Positions 20,400 to 30,697 of a stretch of DNA of 64,000 nt are shown here, in pieces. The DNA is from a virus. Lineage: Duplodnaviria; Caudoviricetes. The translations under genes and the position numbers were made by a program. The notes beneath the pieces were generated by a model. It saw nothing but the letters and a program-made list of their open reading frames with translations. It searched no databases and was not told where the DNA came from. Location: positions 244,575 through 308,574 of the IMG/VR virus record IMGVR_UViG_3300032280_000442; one strand, written 5' to 3'. Position 1 is the first letter of the stretch. Every line of letters begins with the position of its first letter.

Positions 20400-21626
20400 T
20401 TAAAACATATCTTCAAGATTATTTAAATGTTTTTTAACGATATCTAAGTCACCAATATCGGTGTAGGTAAATCCTTTACTCTTTAAGGTCTGAACCTCCC
20501 TATGTAAGTGTAACATCATCTGTCTAATCATATTTGACATTGTAGGGTACGATTCAATCATTTTATCCAAATGATAAGATTCTGTAGGTAATTTTAATAC
20601 ATTCCCAATTTTCTTAACCCAATCCTTACCATAATTGTCAGCATCCATTTCCATATCCCAATAGATTTTAAAGAACTCTTCAAAATCCTCAATATCCCCC
20701 ATATAAGAATCCTTCATATCAAAATCACTCATTTGTTGTTCGTGTTTTAATTCGTGAAATAATATGTAAACAAACGATGCGAAATTAGGTAACATCTCAG
20801 GTGAACATAATATAATCATATTACTTGTTCTCACCCCTTTAAATCCGGTACTACAAGAGTTTAACACCTTTATTGTATATCCTCTATCCTGAATGAAATC
20901 TTTTATCTTTTCAGATATTAAATTATATTCCTTCATTTTATCCTCAGGAATATTTTTTCTAAATTTATCAATAACCCTGTCGTAATTAGAACCTGTTTTT
21001 AGACCATTTGGGACAATATCTCCTAAAACGGTACCTTCGGTTACCTCAACCCATTCTTTGACCGTATTAACGTCGTGTGTGTCTATATTATAACTTCCAT
21101 TAACACCTTTCTCCCACATTCCAACAACTCTATCCACATTATTTTTTAAATTCTTACTTTTACTTTTTTTATTAATTTTATGTGAAGATTGATTTATAAA
21201 AGGAAATAACTCAGACTTTCTCCATTTTTTTAACCCCAACTCTATTGGACCATTATATTCACCAGCACTATTAGCCGTTGTGTTTTCTTTTATTGGTACA
21301 ACTTTTTTATTTTTACCCGGTGTTGGATTAATACCACTACCGTCCTCATCACTATTAGTCGATTCAGGATGTTTGGTCATATAATTAGTAATTTTCCTAG
21401 CTTTACCCTCTATTTTTTTAATCTCTTTTTTTGTCTCATCCATAGAACCGTCATAACTATCAAACTCCAATTCCGGACTATCATATTTAGATACAGGAAT
21501 TGTAAAAGGACCCATCTCAGTTTTTTTAAATTTACGAACACCAAGTTGCATAGGACCCACATAAGAACCTTTACTTCCACTATCACTAGTCGCCTCTTTA
21601 ATCTGTATTTTGTTATTTTTGTTCAT
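20400..21626 (-). CDS. Putative head protein with duplicated motif and C-terminal zincin (HExxH) domain
   Basis: GSYVGPMQLGVRKF / GEYNGPIELGLKKW repeat; LFHELKHEQQ ... EMDAD. Confidence 0.5.
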   Translation of the reverse strand: MNKNNKIQIKEATSDSGSKGSYVGPMQLGVRKFKKTEMGPFTIPVSKYDSPELEFDSYDGSMDETKKEIKKIEGKARKITNYMTKHPESTNSDEDGSGINPTPGKNKKVVPIKENTTANSAGEYNGPIELGLKKWRKSELFPFINQSSHKINKKSKSKNLKNNVDRVVGMWEKGVNGSYNIDTHDVNTVKEWVEVTEGTVLGDIVPNGLKTGSNYDRVIDKFRKNIPEDKMKEYNLISEKIKDFIQDRGYTIKVLNSCSTGFKGVRTSNMIILCSPEMLPNFASFVYILFHELKHEQQMSDFDMKDSYMGDIEDFEEFFKIYWDMEMDADNYGKDWVKKIGNVLKLPTESYHLDKMIESYPTMSNMIRQMMLHLHREVQTLKSKGFTYTDIGDLDIVKKHLNNLEDMF

Positions 21627-21654
21627 ATACTTATAAATATACTAAAATTTAATT

Positions 21655-21879
21655 ATGGAACAACAACCTGAACTATTTGGAAAGTTATTTGAATCAATAC
21701 CAATCCAATCCGAAGAACATTTAGAAGTTATCCTTGAAACTATGGATAAAGACCACGCAATCTATTATCTAACACAAGCAGTAAAATACGCATATCAATC
21801 CGGAATATACTCCATAGGCGAATGCGAAGTTATCTCAAAATCAATTAGAGTTACCAATAAAAAAGAAAAAGAGGACTAA
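21655..21879 (+). CDS. Hypothetical protein
   Basis: Compact ORF ending in a hairpin. Confidence 0.6.
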   Translation: MEQQPELFGKLFESIPIQSEEHLEVILETMDKDHAIYYLTQAVKYAYQSGIYSIGECEVISKSIRVTNKKEKED

Positions 21880-22565
21880 TTGTCCTCTAATATTTTATTC
21901 GACTTACGAATATTCTCCTCTCCCCACATCGGTTGGAGGTTATCCAAACACCAACATTTCATAAATTCCTCGTCACCAATTTCTTTGATATTAAAAGAAG
22001 ATATAGGTAGTTTATGGTCTACGTGAAACTCACCGTAATTATCCCACGTCATTCCTTCCGTAAATTGGTTTTCTAAATGAACAATCAATTCTTCCGGAGT
22101 ATATCCTAAAATATCAAAGTAATGTCCGTTCTTCTCCACATTACTCTCCTTTAAAACCTGATATATCGCAGTTCTGAAATTGGAGATTAGTTTATAGAGG
22201 GGGTCAGACGCTTTACGATTTCTTTCGTAGTCACGTTTAGTTTTTCGTAATTTATCACGATTCTCTTCTCTCCATTTTTTTTGATATTCTTTTAAATGTT
22301 CTTTTTTATTTTCCCTCCATTCAGAATAGTATTCTGATATTTTTTCTTTATTAGATTCGTAATATTTCTTATCAGCAATTTTTTTTCCTCCAAAATATCT
22401 TCTACCCGGAGTATCCATTTTAACATCATTTTCTTTTAACACACGATTAATTGTTTTTTCAGAAACTAAATACTTTTCACCAATTTGTCTAGTACCCCAA
22501 ATATCGTTAACATATAGAGATATCATATCCTTTATTTGTTCATCATTAAATATAATTTTTCTCAT
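21876..22565 (-). CDS. HNH endonuclease (putative homing endonuclease)
   Basis: HVDHKLPISSF...LDNLQPMWGEENIRKSNK; N-terminal HTH-like region. Confidence 0.75.
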   Translation of the reverse strand: MRKIIFNDEQIKDMISLYVNDIWGTRQIGEKYLVSEKTINRVLKENDVKMDTPGRRYFGGKKIADKKYYESNKEKISEYYSEWRENKKEHLKEYQKKWREENRDKLRKTKRDYERNRKASDPLYKLISNFRTAIYQVLKESNVEKNGHYFDILGYTPEELIVHLENQFTEGMTWDNYGEFHVDHKLPISSFNIKEIGDEEFMKCWCLDNLQPMWGEENIRKSNKILEDN

Positions 22566-22608
22566 ACTATAAATACTCTCATTTTATCTATTGTTTACAA
22601 ATATACAT

Positions 22609-22636
22609 AAAAAAAAGGGACATATAGTCCCTTTTT
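22609..22636 (-). terminator. Intrinsic terminator after major capsid gene
   Basis: AAAAAGGGAC-ATATA-GTCCCTTTTT; near-identical hairpin at about 26220-26246. Confidence 0.75.
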
Positions 22637-22658
22637 GTTAAATATTTTAAGATTTTGA

Positions 22659-24482
22659 TTATCTCAATTCTCTTAAATCGAATGTTCTAACACCATCTAC
22701 AGTAATTCTGCCATAGAAGCGATTATTTACCATTTTTTTCGCGTATCTCGTCATTATACCTTTGATAGGTGTAAAGTTGAACGGATTGTACATTGTAGGT
22801 GTTAATTGTAATGGTACATACGGTGCGTAGATGTAACCTGTGTCTAACAATGATGTTCCTTTGTGTCCTACTAACACTGTGTTAGCTGGGAAGTAAGGGT
22901 CACGGTAAACTTGGTAACGACCTGCTAATGTACCAACTCTTTCAATACCCATATTGTATTGGTCTTGCTCCGGAGACGCGTTAGATACGTGGAAGTACTC
23001 TAAATCGTCAAAGATAGCAGAGATTTCAGAAGAAACCACAATCCAGTTAGCACCACCTCTTAAAGTAGATTTGTGGATTTGAGCTGATAATTGGTTAATC
23101 GCTGTGATTAACGTTTGGTTCCAGTCTTTTTGAGTGTAGTTTGTAGTTGCAGAAATTCTTCTCCATCCATTGTAATCCCATCTTAAAGTCCAAGCTGCAC
23201 CTTTACGTAAATCTCTTAAGATTTCACGGTCGATTTCAGCCGCAACTTGTTCAGATAATAAAGCTGTTAATTCAGCTTCAGCATCGATGTTGTGGAAAGC
23301 CGCAACGTCTTGAGCTAACTCAGGAGACCATTGTGCTCTTAATTTTCTTTCAGTAACAGAAACTGTAACAGAATCTAAGTCGAAAGAAACCTCACCGATT
23401 TTATCTTCAAATTCTAATTCTTCGTAACGTCTGAAAGCCGCTCTAATGTTAGTTGTTACCGCAGTACCACTCCAGTTAGCAGCTGTTAACGTTGCTCCTG
23501 AATATCCATCAGGTGTAGATTGACCACAAGATACACATACTGGTACTTGAGTATCAACTTCTAAATAGATAATACCTTGTGCAGAACAAATGTCTTTGAA
23601 AGAACCACCGTTACCGTTAGTCGGCCAAGCAGTAGTTGTTGTAGTACCGTACTGAACAATACCTTGACCATATTTCTGAGTAACAACTCTAAATAATAAT
23701 GGTGTGAATGTTGAAGTACCTAATTGAGTTGCTGCAGTAGCGTCAGAAGTATATAATTTAAGACCTGATAAAAATTCTTCAGTATCCATTTCTTGACCAT
23801 TAGGTCCGATTAATTTACCATCACCTGTAGATGAGAAACCTGACATTGCAACTAAGATTTTTCTGTTTTCACCACTGTAAGATGCAGGTACTAACGCTCC
23901 GTTAGACCATTGTACAGTAGCACAAGTAGCTGTAATTGCTGACCATCTACCTTTTGAATAATCAAATAATCCTTCAGGGTCTAAACCTGGTTCAGTTCCT
24001 TCATAGAATAAATCATAAAGGTTTTTTTGGTAAGCTCCTGTAGAATCACCATAACCTTGTCCTGCTAATCCAGCTCCACCATAGTTACCCGGAGAACCGA
24101 TTGGTGCGTAGTGTTCACCTGATTGACTTTGAGTTCCACCTGTATATCCTTGAATTTTTGGTACAAAGAAGAATAATTTACCGATTGGTAAATTCATTGC
24201 TTGTACAGATACGATTTCATTCGCTAATAATTTAGAGAATACTCTTCTTACGATAGGGAAAACAACAGTTTCGAATGCTCCGTTAGAACCTTCACCTGTA
24301 GCTTCGTTTATCAAGAAAGACGCTTGGTTCTCATATAACTGAGCTACGTTTTCTCTCATATGTCCTTTAAGACCTTCTAGGAATCCTAATTTATCCCATT
24401 TGTTGATTGTGTCTTCTTTAATAACTTTCAAGTGTTTTAACCCGATGTTACCAACTAGACCTGATTCTAATAATGCTCCCAT
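22659..24482 (-). CDS. Major capsid protein (T4 gp23-like)
   Basis: VSVQAMNLPIG; RKLRAQWSPELAQD; AEAELTALLSEQVAAEIDREIL; YAPYVPL; GIMTRYA. Confidence 0.96.
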   Translation of the reverse strand: MGALLESGLVGNIGLKHLKVIKEDTINKWDKLGFLEGLKGHMRENVAQLYENQASFLINEATGEGSNGAFETVVFPIVRRVFSKLLANEIVSVQAMNLPIGKLFFFVPKIQGYTGGTQSQSGEHYAPIGSPGNYGGAGLAGQGYGDSTGAYQKNLYDLFYEGTEPGLDPEGLFDYSKGRWSAITATCATVQWSNGALVPASYSGENRKILVAMSGFSSTGDGKLIGPNGQEMDTEEFLSGLKLYTSDATAATQLGTSTFTPLLFRVVTQKYGQGIVQYGTTTTTAWPTNGNGGSFKDICSAQGIIYLEVDTQVPVCVSCGQSTPDGYSGATLTAANWSGTAVTTNIRAAFRRYEELEFEDKIGEVSFDLDSVTVSVTERKLRAQWSPELAQDVAAFHNIDAEAELTALLSEQVAAEIDREILRDLRKGAAWTLRWDYNGWRRISATTNYTQKDWNQTLITAINQLSAQIHKSTLRGGANWIVVSSEISAIFDDLEYFHVSNASPEQDQYNMGIERVGTLAGRYQVYRDPYFPANTVLVGHKGTSLLDTGYIYAPYVPLQLTPTMYNPFNFTPIKGIMTRYAKKMVNNRFYGRITVDGVRTFDLRELR

Positions 24483-24513
24483 TTTTTTGGTTTTTATTAA
24501 TTTTAATTTATTT

Positions 24514-26100
24514 TTATTTTATTTTTGTCATTAAATCTTTCATTCTCAAGAACTGTGGATTCTCATATGTTTTAGACTCAATTAAGTTAACTGCTCCTGT
24601 AGAAGGTGATTTTGCAATTGTTCTTTCGATTGACTCGTTCATAGATTGAGATTTAGTTCCTGCTGATAATTCATTTTTAACAACTTGATATAAATTTTTA
24701 GATTCTTTAATAGTTTCAACACCATCAAATCTTCTTAAAATGTTAATTTTTTCTTGTTTTGATGTTGAGTGTTCAGTGAACAAACGTGTAGCGTAAGCTA
24801 AGTTTGAGTTGAATACCGCAACCTCGTTTAATTTACTTCTAAAAACATTAAGTGCTTTTCTGTACTCTTCATTCTTCTCTCTAAGAATTTGTAATTCTTT
24901 GTTTGAAGCATTTTCTTTAATAGCTGTATTAAAACTTGAGTGAGCTCTTGGTTTTGGTAAACCACCTTTTCTGAAATTAGACCCTGCACCTAAAGTACGA
25001 ACCGCCTCTTTTGTTTCAGATTTTTTTACAAAAGGTTTTTCCATTCCTTCTTTTGACTCAACTTTTTTAACCATTTTGTTTTTACCAAGCTTACTTCCGG
25101 CATTTTCACCTTCTTTGTACTCGAATTTTGCTTTACCTGTTCCCATAGTTCTTGGACCTTGTTTCATTTTTGTGTTGAAACCTCCTCCTTTTGAATCATA
25201 AGAGAATTTTGGTTTTCCCATTCCAATACCTTTACGTGTCATTGACATTTTTTTAGATTCCATAACTCGGTCTTCCTCTTGTTCTTCCATATCAATATAT
25301 CCTTCAGAATCATCCTCATCCATTTCGATTTCATACATAAGTTCTTCGTCTAAATCAAAATCAACATCATCAGCATCAATTTCGTCACCATCTTCGCTGT
25401 CAGAAAACATTCTGTCAACGATATCTTCGATAGTTTCTCCATTCATACCCATATCGTCTTCGTCTAATTCAAAATCTTTGTAGTGTCCGTCAACATCTCC
25501 AATTTTATGACCATCACGTCTTTTAAAATCGTGTTCGTTTCCTCCCCACATTTCATCGACTTCTTCAGACCACTCTTCGTAGGTTTCTTCTTCACCTTCA
25601 CCAACAATCATATACTCTTTACCGGTTTCCTCATCTTTTAAGTGAGTGTTTCCTTTGTCGTCTTTTGTAACAACAATGTTATCATCCGGTCCCATAAGTT
25701 GAAATACTCTAAGTACTTCTTCATCGTCAGCGTCAGTTAAGTCGATAGTATCTTCTTCGTCGTCCATATCTTCTTCGTCATCGAAGTCCATATCTTCTTC
25801 TTCGTCGTCACCATCATCCTCTGTGTCGTCCATATCATCAGTATCCATTTCATCACCTTCTTCATCTGAATCATCGCCCATATCCATATCGGCAATATCA
25901 TCAGAACCCATAGGGTCTTCCATTTCAACGTCATCGATTTCAATCTCATCATCTTGTTCAGATAAAGATTCTTTTACTAGGTCTTTGATTTCTTGTTTCA
26001 TTGTAGAAGCAAGTATTCCTTTTGCATTTTCAGCTACCGCCTCTTCCAAATTTTTCATTTGGATGATAGCCTCTTCAACTAAAGATTTTTCTTTTGCCAT
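24514..26100 (-). CDS. Prohead core/scaffold protein (gp22-like)
   Basis: Very acidic coiled-coil protein between protease and capsid genes; LNEVAVFNSNLAY. Confidence 0.75.
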   Translation of the reverse strand: MAKEKSLVEEAIIQMKNLEEAVAENAKGILASTMKQEIKDLVKESLSEQDDEIEIDDVEMEDPMGSDDIADMDMGDDSDEEGDEMDTDDMDDTEDDGDDEEEDMDFDDEEDMDDEEDTIDLTDADDEEVLRVFQLMGPDDNIVVTKDDKGNTHLKDEETGKEYMIVGEGEEETYEEWSEEVDEMWGGNEHDFKRRDGHKIGDVDGHYKDFELDEDDMGMNGETIEDIVDRMFSDSEDGDEIDADDVDFDLDEELMYEIEMDEDDSEGYIDMEEQEEDRVMESKKMSMTRKGIGMGKPKFSYDSKGGGFNTKMKQGPRTMGTGKAKFEYKEGENAGSKLGKNKMVKKVESKEGMEKPFVKKSETKEAVRTLGAGSNFRKGGLPKPRAHSSFNTAIKENASNKELQILREKNEEYRKALNVFRSKLNEVAVFNSNLAYATRLFTEHSTSKQEKINILRRFDGVETIKESKNLYQVVKNELSAGTKSQSMNESIERTIAKSPSTGAVNLIESKTYENPQFLRMKDLMTKIK

Positions 26101-26267
26101 TGTTTTTATATAGTTTTTAATATATAAATATCTCCCAATATGAAAAAAGTTTAAATTAAACTCAAATCACATCAGGTATTTTATACTTTAATAAATATCA
26201 TCATAAAATAAAAAGCATAAAAAAAGAGGACATATAGTCCTCTTTTGTTTAATAATTAAAATTTTAA

Positions 26268-26477
26268 TTACTCAATTACTTCGTCAATTTTACTCTCAAC
26301 AATTGCAGTAATTCTCCACTCCATTGTGTAATGTTCGAAAACTTTAGTAACTTTAGCCTCTACGTCAGTAGGGTTATAACCACTAACTAATTTTTCTTCT
26401 CTTAATTTTTTAATCTTTCCTGACGCCTCATCAACTGAGTCTAAGGTAACTTTTGCGATAAAATACTTTTCTTCCAT
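26268..26477 (-). CDS. Small hypothetical protein
   Basis: ORF followed by terminator hairpin. Confidence 0.65.
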   Translation of the reverse strand: MEEKYFIAKVTLDSVDEASGKIKKLREEKLVSGYNPTDVEAKVTKVFEHYTMEWRITAIVESKIDEVIE

Positions 26478-26491
26478 TTTTTGTTATTAAT

Positions 26492-27217
26492 TTAGTATCC
26501 CAAATAATCGTTTAATTTTTTCATTAAGTCAAGCGATTTGTTTCCGGAATCTCCAACGTGTCTTTCAACACTCATTTTTTTCTCTTCTTCTAAGTTCTCA
26601 TCGTATAGATGTTTGTCGTCTTTATTTAAGAATAGATACGCTCCCGGAGTTGAAGGTGACGATACTAAGTCAAAACAGATTAATTCAAAATCATCCTGTA
26701 CTTCATTTTGTTCCCCAATTTTTTTAAGGGACCCTACACCTCTTGAAGATATCCCTAACGTAACTCCTTGTCTAAGGTAGTTTGCTGCTAAGTCACCTTT
26801 GGTGGAACAAATTCCACTTTCGTGGTATCCCGGAGAAGTAAGTAATTTTATCTTACCCATTAGGACATTTCCTTCCCACCATACTTCGGTGATTGAGTGA
26901 GACACTCTATCTAAATCGATAAGAGATGATTCCGGGTGATTTAACTCAGATAGAGCAGTTCCCTTTTGAATCATTTTTTTATAATTCTCAGCCTCTCTTT
27001 TTAATATTTTTTCAGGATATGTTCTACCATTTCTATTTGGTGTATTATATTTTTGTAATACAGCATAAAATTCGATTGGTTTAGAGTGGTCTAGTATTCC
27101 ATTAGATTCTCGTAGGATTTCAACATTACGTGATTCTGTTGGGTTAATATACCCTGCGTCATACTCAACTAATATACCTTTTCCTGATTCGCTTGGTTGT
27201 AATATTCTTAAATTCAT
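26492..27217 (-). CDS. Prohead core protease (T4 gp21-like)
   Basis: NRNGRTYP; ELNHP; VSHSI; GISSRGVGS; FDLVSSPSTPGA. Confidence 0.93.
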   Translation of the reverse strand: MNLRILQPSESGKGILVEYDAGYINPTESRNVEILRESNGILDHSKPIEFYAVLQKYNTPNRNGRTYPEKILKREAENYKKMIQKGTALSELNHPESSLIDLDRVSHSITEVWWEGNVLMGKIKLLTSPGYHESGICSTKGDLAANYLRQGVTLGISSRGVGSLKKIGEQNEVQDDFELICFDLVSSPSTPGAYLFLNKDDKHLYDENLEEEKKMSVERHVGDSGNKSLDLMKKLNDYLGY

Positions 27218-27240
27218 TTTGAATGTTTTATTTATAAATA

Positions 27241-27711
27241 TTAAACATTCTCGGTTTGTAACGATTCTTCTATTAATTTGCTCTTTTTGGTTAGATAAAA
27301 ATTGAAATTTTCATTGTTTAAAAAATTATCTTTAAAAATTTGTTGTGTTATTTGTTGTAGTGATTCTTTGATTTCATTTCCTTTAAAATCCAAATCTTCT
27401 TGGATTATGTAAAAATTTATTTCAAGATTCATAAATGATTTTTTATGTATGTTTAGTCCGCTGGACCTTAAATCTAAATCTACTATAAATTTTTCATCAA
27501 AAATTTTTTTGTTTATTGACTCGTAAATTGAGTGTTTGATACTTCTACTTAGGTTAAGGACTGTCCTTGTCCAATTATCACATTCATAAATTGGTTCGAC
27601 CCAAGTTTGTATGTTTAAGTAGAGAGATTTGAGAGTGATTGAGTCTACCGTTCCATATACAATTTTAGCTGTTTTGAATCCGTGTAGTAGAGAAGTTTTT
27701 CCCTTTTTCAT
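27241..27711 (-). CDS. Hypothetical protein
   Basis: ORF divergent from bS21 in head module. Confidence 0.65.
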   Translation of the reverse strand: MKKGKTSLLHGFKTAKIVYGTVDSITLKSLYLNIQTWVEPIYECDNWTRTVLNLSRSIKHSIYESINKKIFDEKFIVDLDLRSSGLNIHKKSFMNLEINFYIIQEDLDFKGNEIKESLQQITQQIFKDNFLNNENFNFYLTKKSKLIEESLQTENV

Positions 27712-27796
27712 TAAATTTCATATTTTCCCGTTTATTTTTTAAAATAATAGGTGTTTTTATATGTAATGTCAAAACTTTTTTGTAAGAGGGATATAT

Positions 27797-28000
27797 ATGT
27801 ATTATATGATAATAGTAAAACTAAATAACAACGTAACGATTGAAAAGGCTTTAAAACTTTATAAAAGTAAAGTTATTAAGACTCGTCAAAGTGGGGAACT
27901 TTTTAAAAGAAAGGAATTTGTTAAGAAATCTGTTATTAAGAGAAATGAACTTTCTAAGGCTAAGTATGTCCAAAAAAAGTTCAATTCTGATAATGATTAA
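27797..28000 (+). CDS. rpsU: 30S ribosomal protein bS21 (phage-encoded)
   Basis: IEKALKLYKSKVIKT...ELFKRKEFVKKSVIKR...KAKY fits the bS21 pattern; start may be 27797 or 27806. Confidence 0.85.
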   Translation: MYYMIIVKLNNNVTIEKALKLYKSKVIKTRQSGELFKRKEFVKKSVIKRNELSKAKYVQKKFNSDND

Positions 28001-28716
28001 AGATTCTCTTTAAGATTCTTAAGTTTGAAATACGTAAGCTTATCGTATTTTTCAGAAATTACTTTTGATATAGTTTCATCAATTCTTGTTTGCATTGAAT
28101 TATCAGTGCTAGCATTTTTCATTTCTGTTAATTTTGTAACCACACCTTCTTTAAGTGTGTTATATTTTTCATTCAATGTTGAATCATCTTCTGACAATAA
28201 AGAGATTAATTCTTTTTTATCTGATTCGTTTAATCCATCGATGTAACTTTTAATAGTTTTGTTTGCAACACTTACCATTGTAGATAACGGTAAGTCAATT
28301 CCTTCAGTTTTTGTGATTGGTAATTTTTTAAGAGATTCCGCAATAACTTTTCTACTTTTGATTTTTGATTCAATAGTTAAAACATCACTAGAGAATAATG
28401 TATCGATATCTGTATAGTTATTTTCTACTTTTTTATTTCCTATCCAAGCATTTAATTGATTAACATCTGATTGTTTTAATTTATTTACGGTATTCTCGTA
28501 AATTTTAATACATTCATTGATGTAATCATTACAATAAGATTCGCTTAAAGATTTTGGAGAACTTAGTTCATCGTATAAATAAAACAATTTACTAATGTTT
28601 TTATTTTCTATAACAAGTTTCTTAAATGTTTTTAATTCGTTTTTGAATGTGTCGTTAGCATATGATTCTAACAATACATTTTCTATCTTTGTTTTTAATA
28701 AACCAAAATTTTTCAT
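27997..28716 (-). CDS. Conserved head-module hypothetical protein
   Basis: Between portal and protease; TATTTATA upstream. Confidence 0.6.
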   Translation of the reverse strand: MKNFGLLKTKIENVLLESYANDTFKNELKTFKKLVIENKNISKLFYLYDELSSPKSLSESYCNDYINECIKIYENTVNKLKQSDVNQLNAWIGNKKVENNYTDIDTLFSSDVLTIESKIKSRKVIAESLKKLPITKTEGIDLPLSTMVSVANKTIKSYIDGLNESDKKELISLLSEDDSTLNEKYNTLKEGVVTKLTEMKNASTDNSMQTRIDETISKVISEKYDKLTYFKLKNLKENL

Positions 28717-28738
28717 ATCTAATTTTTATTATAAATAT

Positions 28739-30619
28739 CTAATCTTTTAGAAGTTTACTTAATTGGGCTTCAATATCCCCTAAAGAATTTTTTCCTTTGG
28801 ATAAATCAATGAATGATTCGTCTTCTGTTAAGGTTGAACTCTCAACTAAAATTTTTAAATTATCTCTTTTAAATGATTCCGGTGTAACTCCCGCTTCACC
28901 TCCCGGTTCAGGTCCAGGTGCTGGTTCAGGTGCTCCACCCAATTCAGGTTCTCCACCCAATTCAGGTCCACCTAAATCTTCCATTCCTCCGCCTCCTCCG
29001 AAGCCTCCTCCTCCACCAGGTGGTGGTGGGGATGATGGTGCCGCTCCACCCGCAGTTGTACCTGACGGTGCGTTTCCGTATAATTTATCAATATTATCAA
29101 AGATACCTGTATGAGTGATTATGGTTGCGGTATTAGTTAACTCAGCACCCACAGCCATTTCAATTCTCTGTTGTTGTAAGTCAAGTTTAATTTCTTCGTC
29201 TGAGAATCCTAAAATATGTTTCTTAGCCCACGATACAGATACCGGAGCGATTCCCGCAATTGCCGCAACACCTTGTTGGTATAAAGCAATTTTTTCTTTC
29301 CAAAGTTCAATTTTTAATAAATCAGCTTGTGATGATGGATTAGTTAACGCTAATGTAAAGTTTGATAATTCATCTTCAAATCCTAATAAGAATAAATGGA
29401 TGATTGCAATTTTATTTAATTCGGCAATCATAGATTTTTGAATCTTATTAATTGTTCTTGCAAAACGAATATCCATTAACGATAAATTTTTACCATCACC
29501 GGCAGTTTCTTCAAAACCTAAAAACGCCTTAGGAACTCTAAGAGCCGTTAATAATTTCTTTTGGATATATTCTATATCGGCAATCTCTGATAAGTTCTGA
29601 GCTCCCGCTAATGTTTCAATTGGCATTGACGCGGCTGGGTCTCTAACAGGAATAAAATAATCTTGGTCAACAGCCATTTGATTAAATCTCATATCCACAT
29701 TACCTGTTTTGGAATCAACAACTTGGTCTCTTTTGAATTTGTTTGCAACACGTTGTACATATGCCTCAACATCTTTGTCATCCATATTACCTACGAATAC
29801 TTTGAATACACGTCTTTCAGGTGCTCTCGATGTACGATAAATTAACATTGCATCTTCAGACAATAATAATTGTTTCCAAATACGTCTTGCCTTTTCTAAC
29901 ATTGAGGTTCCGTAAGGAAGTTTTCTATCATCACCTAATAAACGGAAGTGAGCAATTTCCCAAGAGTTGAACTCCATATCTTTTGCTTTCCATTTAAATC
30001 TTAAACCTTTGTTTTCTACCGGTTCTTCAAGATTTGCCGATTTTGCAGCCATACCTCTTTCCAAACGTTCTATTTCAATGTTTGGTAATTGCATACAACC
30101 AACAATACCTTTATCAGAATCTAATTTTAAGTAAACAAAATTATCACCATATTTACAAGTATTTCTTGTCCACATAGTTAAGTTTGTATTGATATCCAAT
30201 ACATTGTTAAATAAATCGGCTAATATTGATTTTATTCTTTTTGATTCAGAATAAATTTGTAACATATATCCATTCTCATCTACCGTAGTAGATTCTTCAC
30301 CATAAATGTCTAATGCCGCTGATATCTCAGGAGTATATTCCATTGATTCGTAATCATAAAATGACGCCAAACGAGTTGGTTCATAATAAACGGCTTGAGT
30401 ATATAAATTACTTTCAATCTTAGTCCATTGGTTAGATAGATAATAAGTTTGTTGTGCTTGTAATTTTTCTCTTTCATATTCTGCTTGAGAAGTAGTTTTT
30501 AATAACTCTTTTTTGTCAAGCTTATATGTTGGGTAGTCTTGATTTAATAGTGAATTTGGACCAAAAGCTCTTGATAACCTTTGCCAAACCGTTAAATCGT
30601 TATTTTGATTATTTTCCAT
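28739..30619 (-). CDS. Portal protein (T4 gp20-like)
   Basis: PEISAALDIY; EDAMLIYRTSRAPERRVF; DYFIPVR; LLTALRVPKAFL; DIRFARTI. Confidence 0.95.
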   Translation of the reverse strand: MENNQNNDLTVWQRLSRAFGPNSLLNQDYPTYKLDKKELLKTTSQAEYEREKLQAQQTYYLSNQWTKIESNLYTQAVYYEPTRLASFYDYESMEYTPEISAALDIYGEESTTVDENGYMLQIYSESKRIKSILADLFNNVLDINTNLTMWTRNTCKYGDNFVYLKLDSDKGIVGCMQLPNIEIERLERGMAAKSANLEEPVENKGLRFKWKAKDMEFNSWEIAHFRLLGDDRKLPYGTSMLEKARRIWKQLLLSEDAMLIYRTSRAPERRVFKVFVGNMDDKDVEAYVQRVANKFKRDQVVDSKTGNVDMRFNQMAVDQDYFIPVRDPAASMPIETLAGAQNLSEIADIEYIQKKLLTALRVPKAFLGFEETAGDGKNLSLMDIRFARTINKIQKSMIAELNKIAIIHLFLLGFEDELSNFTLALTNPSSQADLLKIELWKEKIALYQQGVAAIAGIAPVSVSWAKKHILGFSDEEIKLDLQQQRIEMAVGAELTNTATIITHTGIFDNIDKLYGNAPSGTTAGGAAPSSPPPPGGGGGFGGGGGMEDLGGPELGGEPELGGAPEPAPGPEPGGEAGVTPESFKRDNLKILVESSTLTEDESFIDLSKGKNSLGDIEAQLSKLLKD

Positions 30620-30697
30620 ATTCTAAATTTAAATATAATTTTCTTTATATAAATAGTGGTAACAATCATTAATGACCATTAATATAGTTTAGTTACT

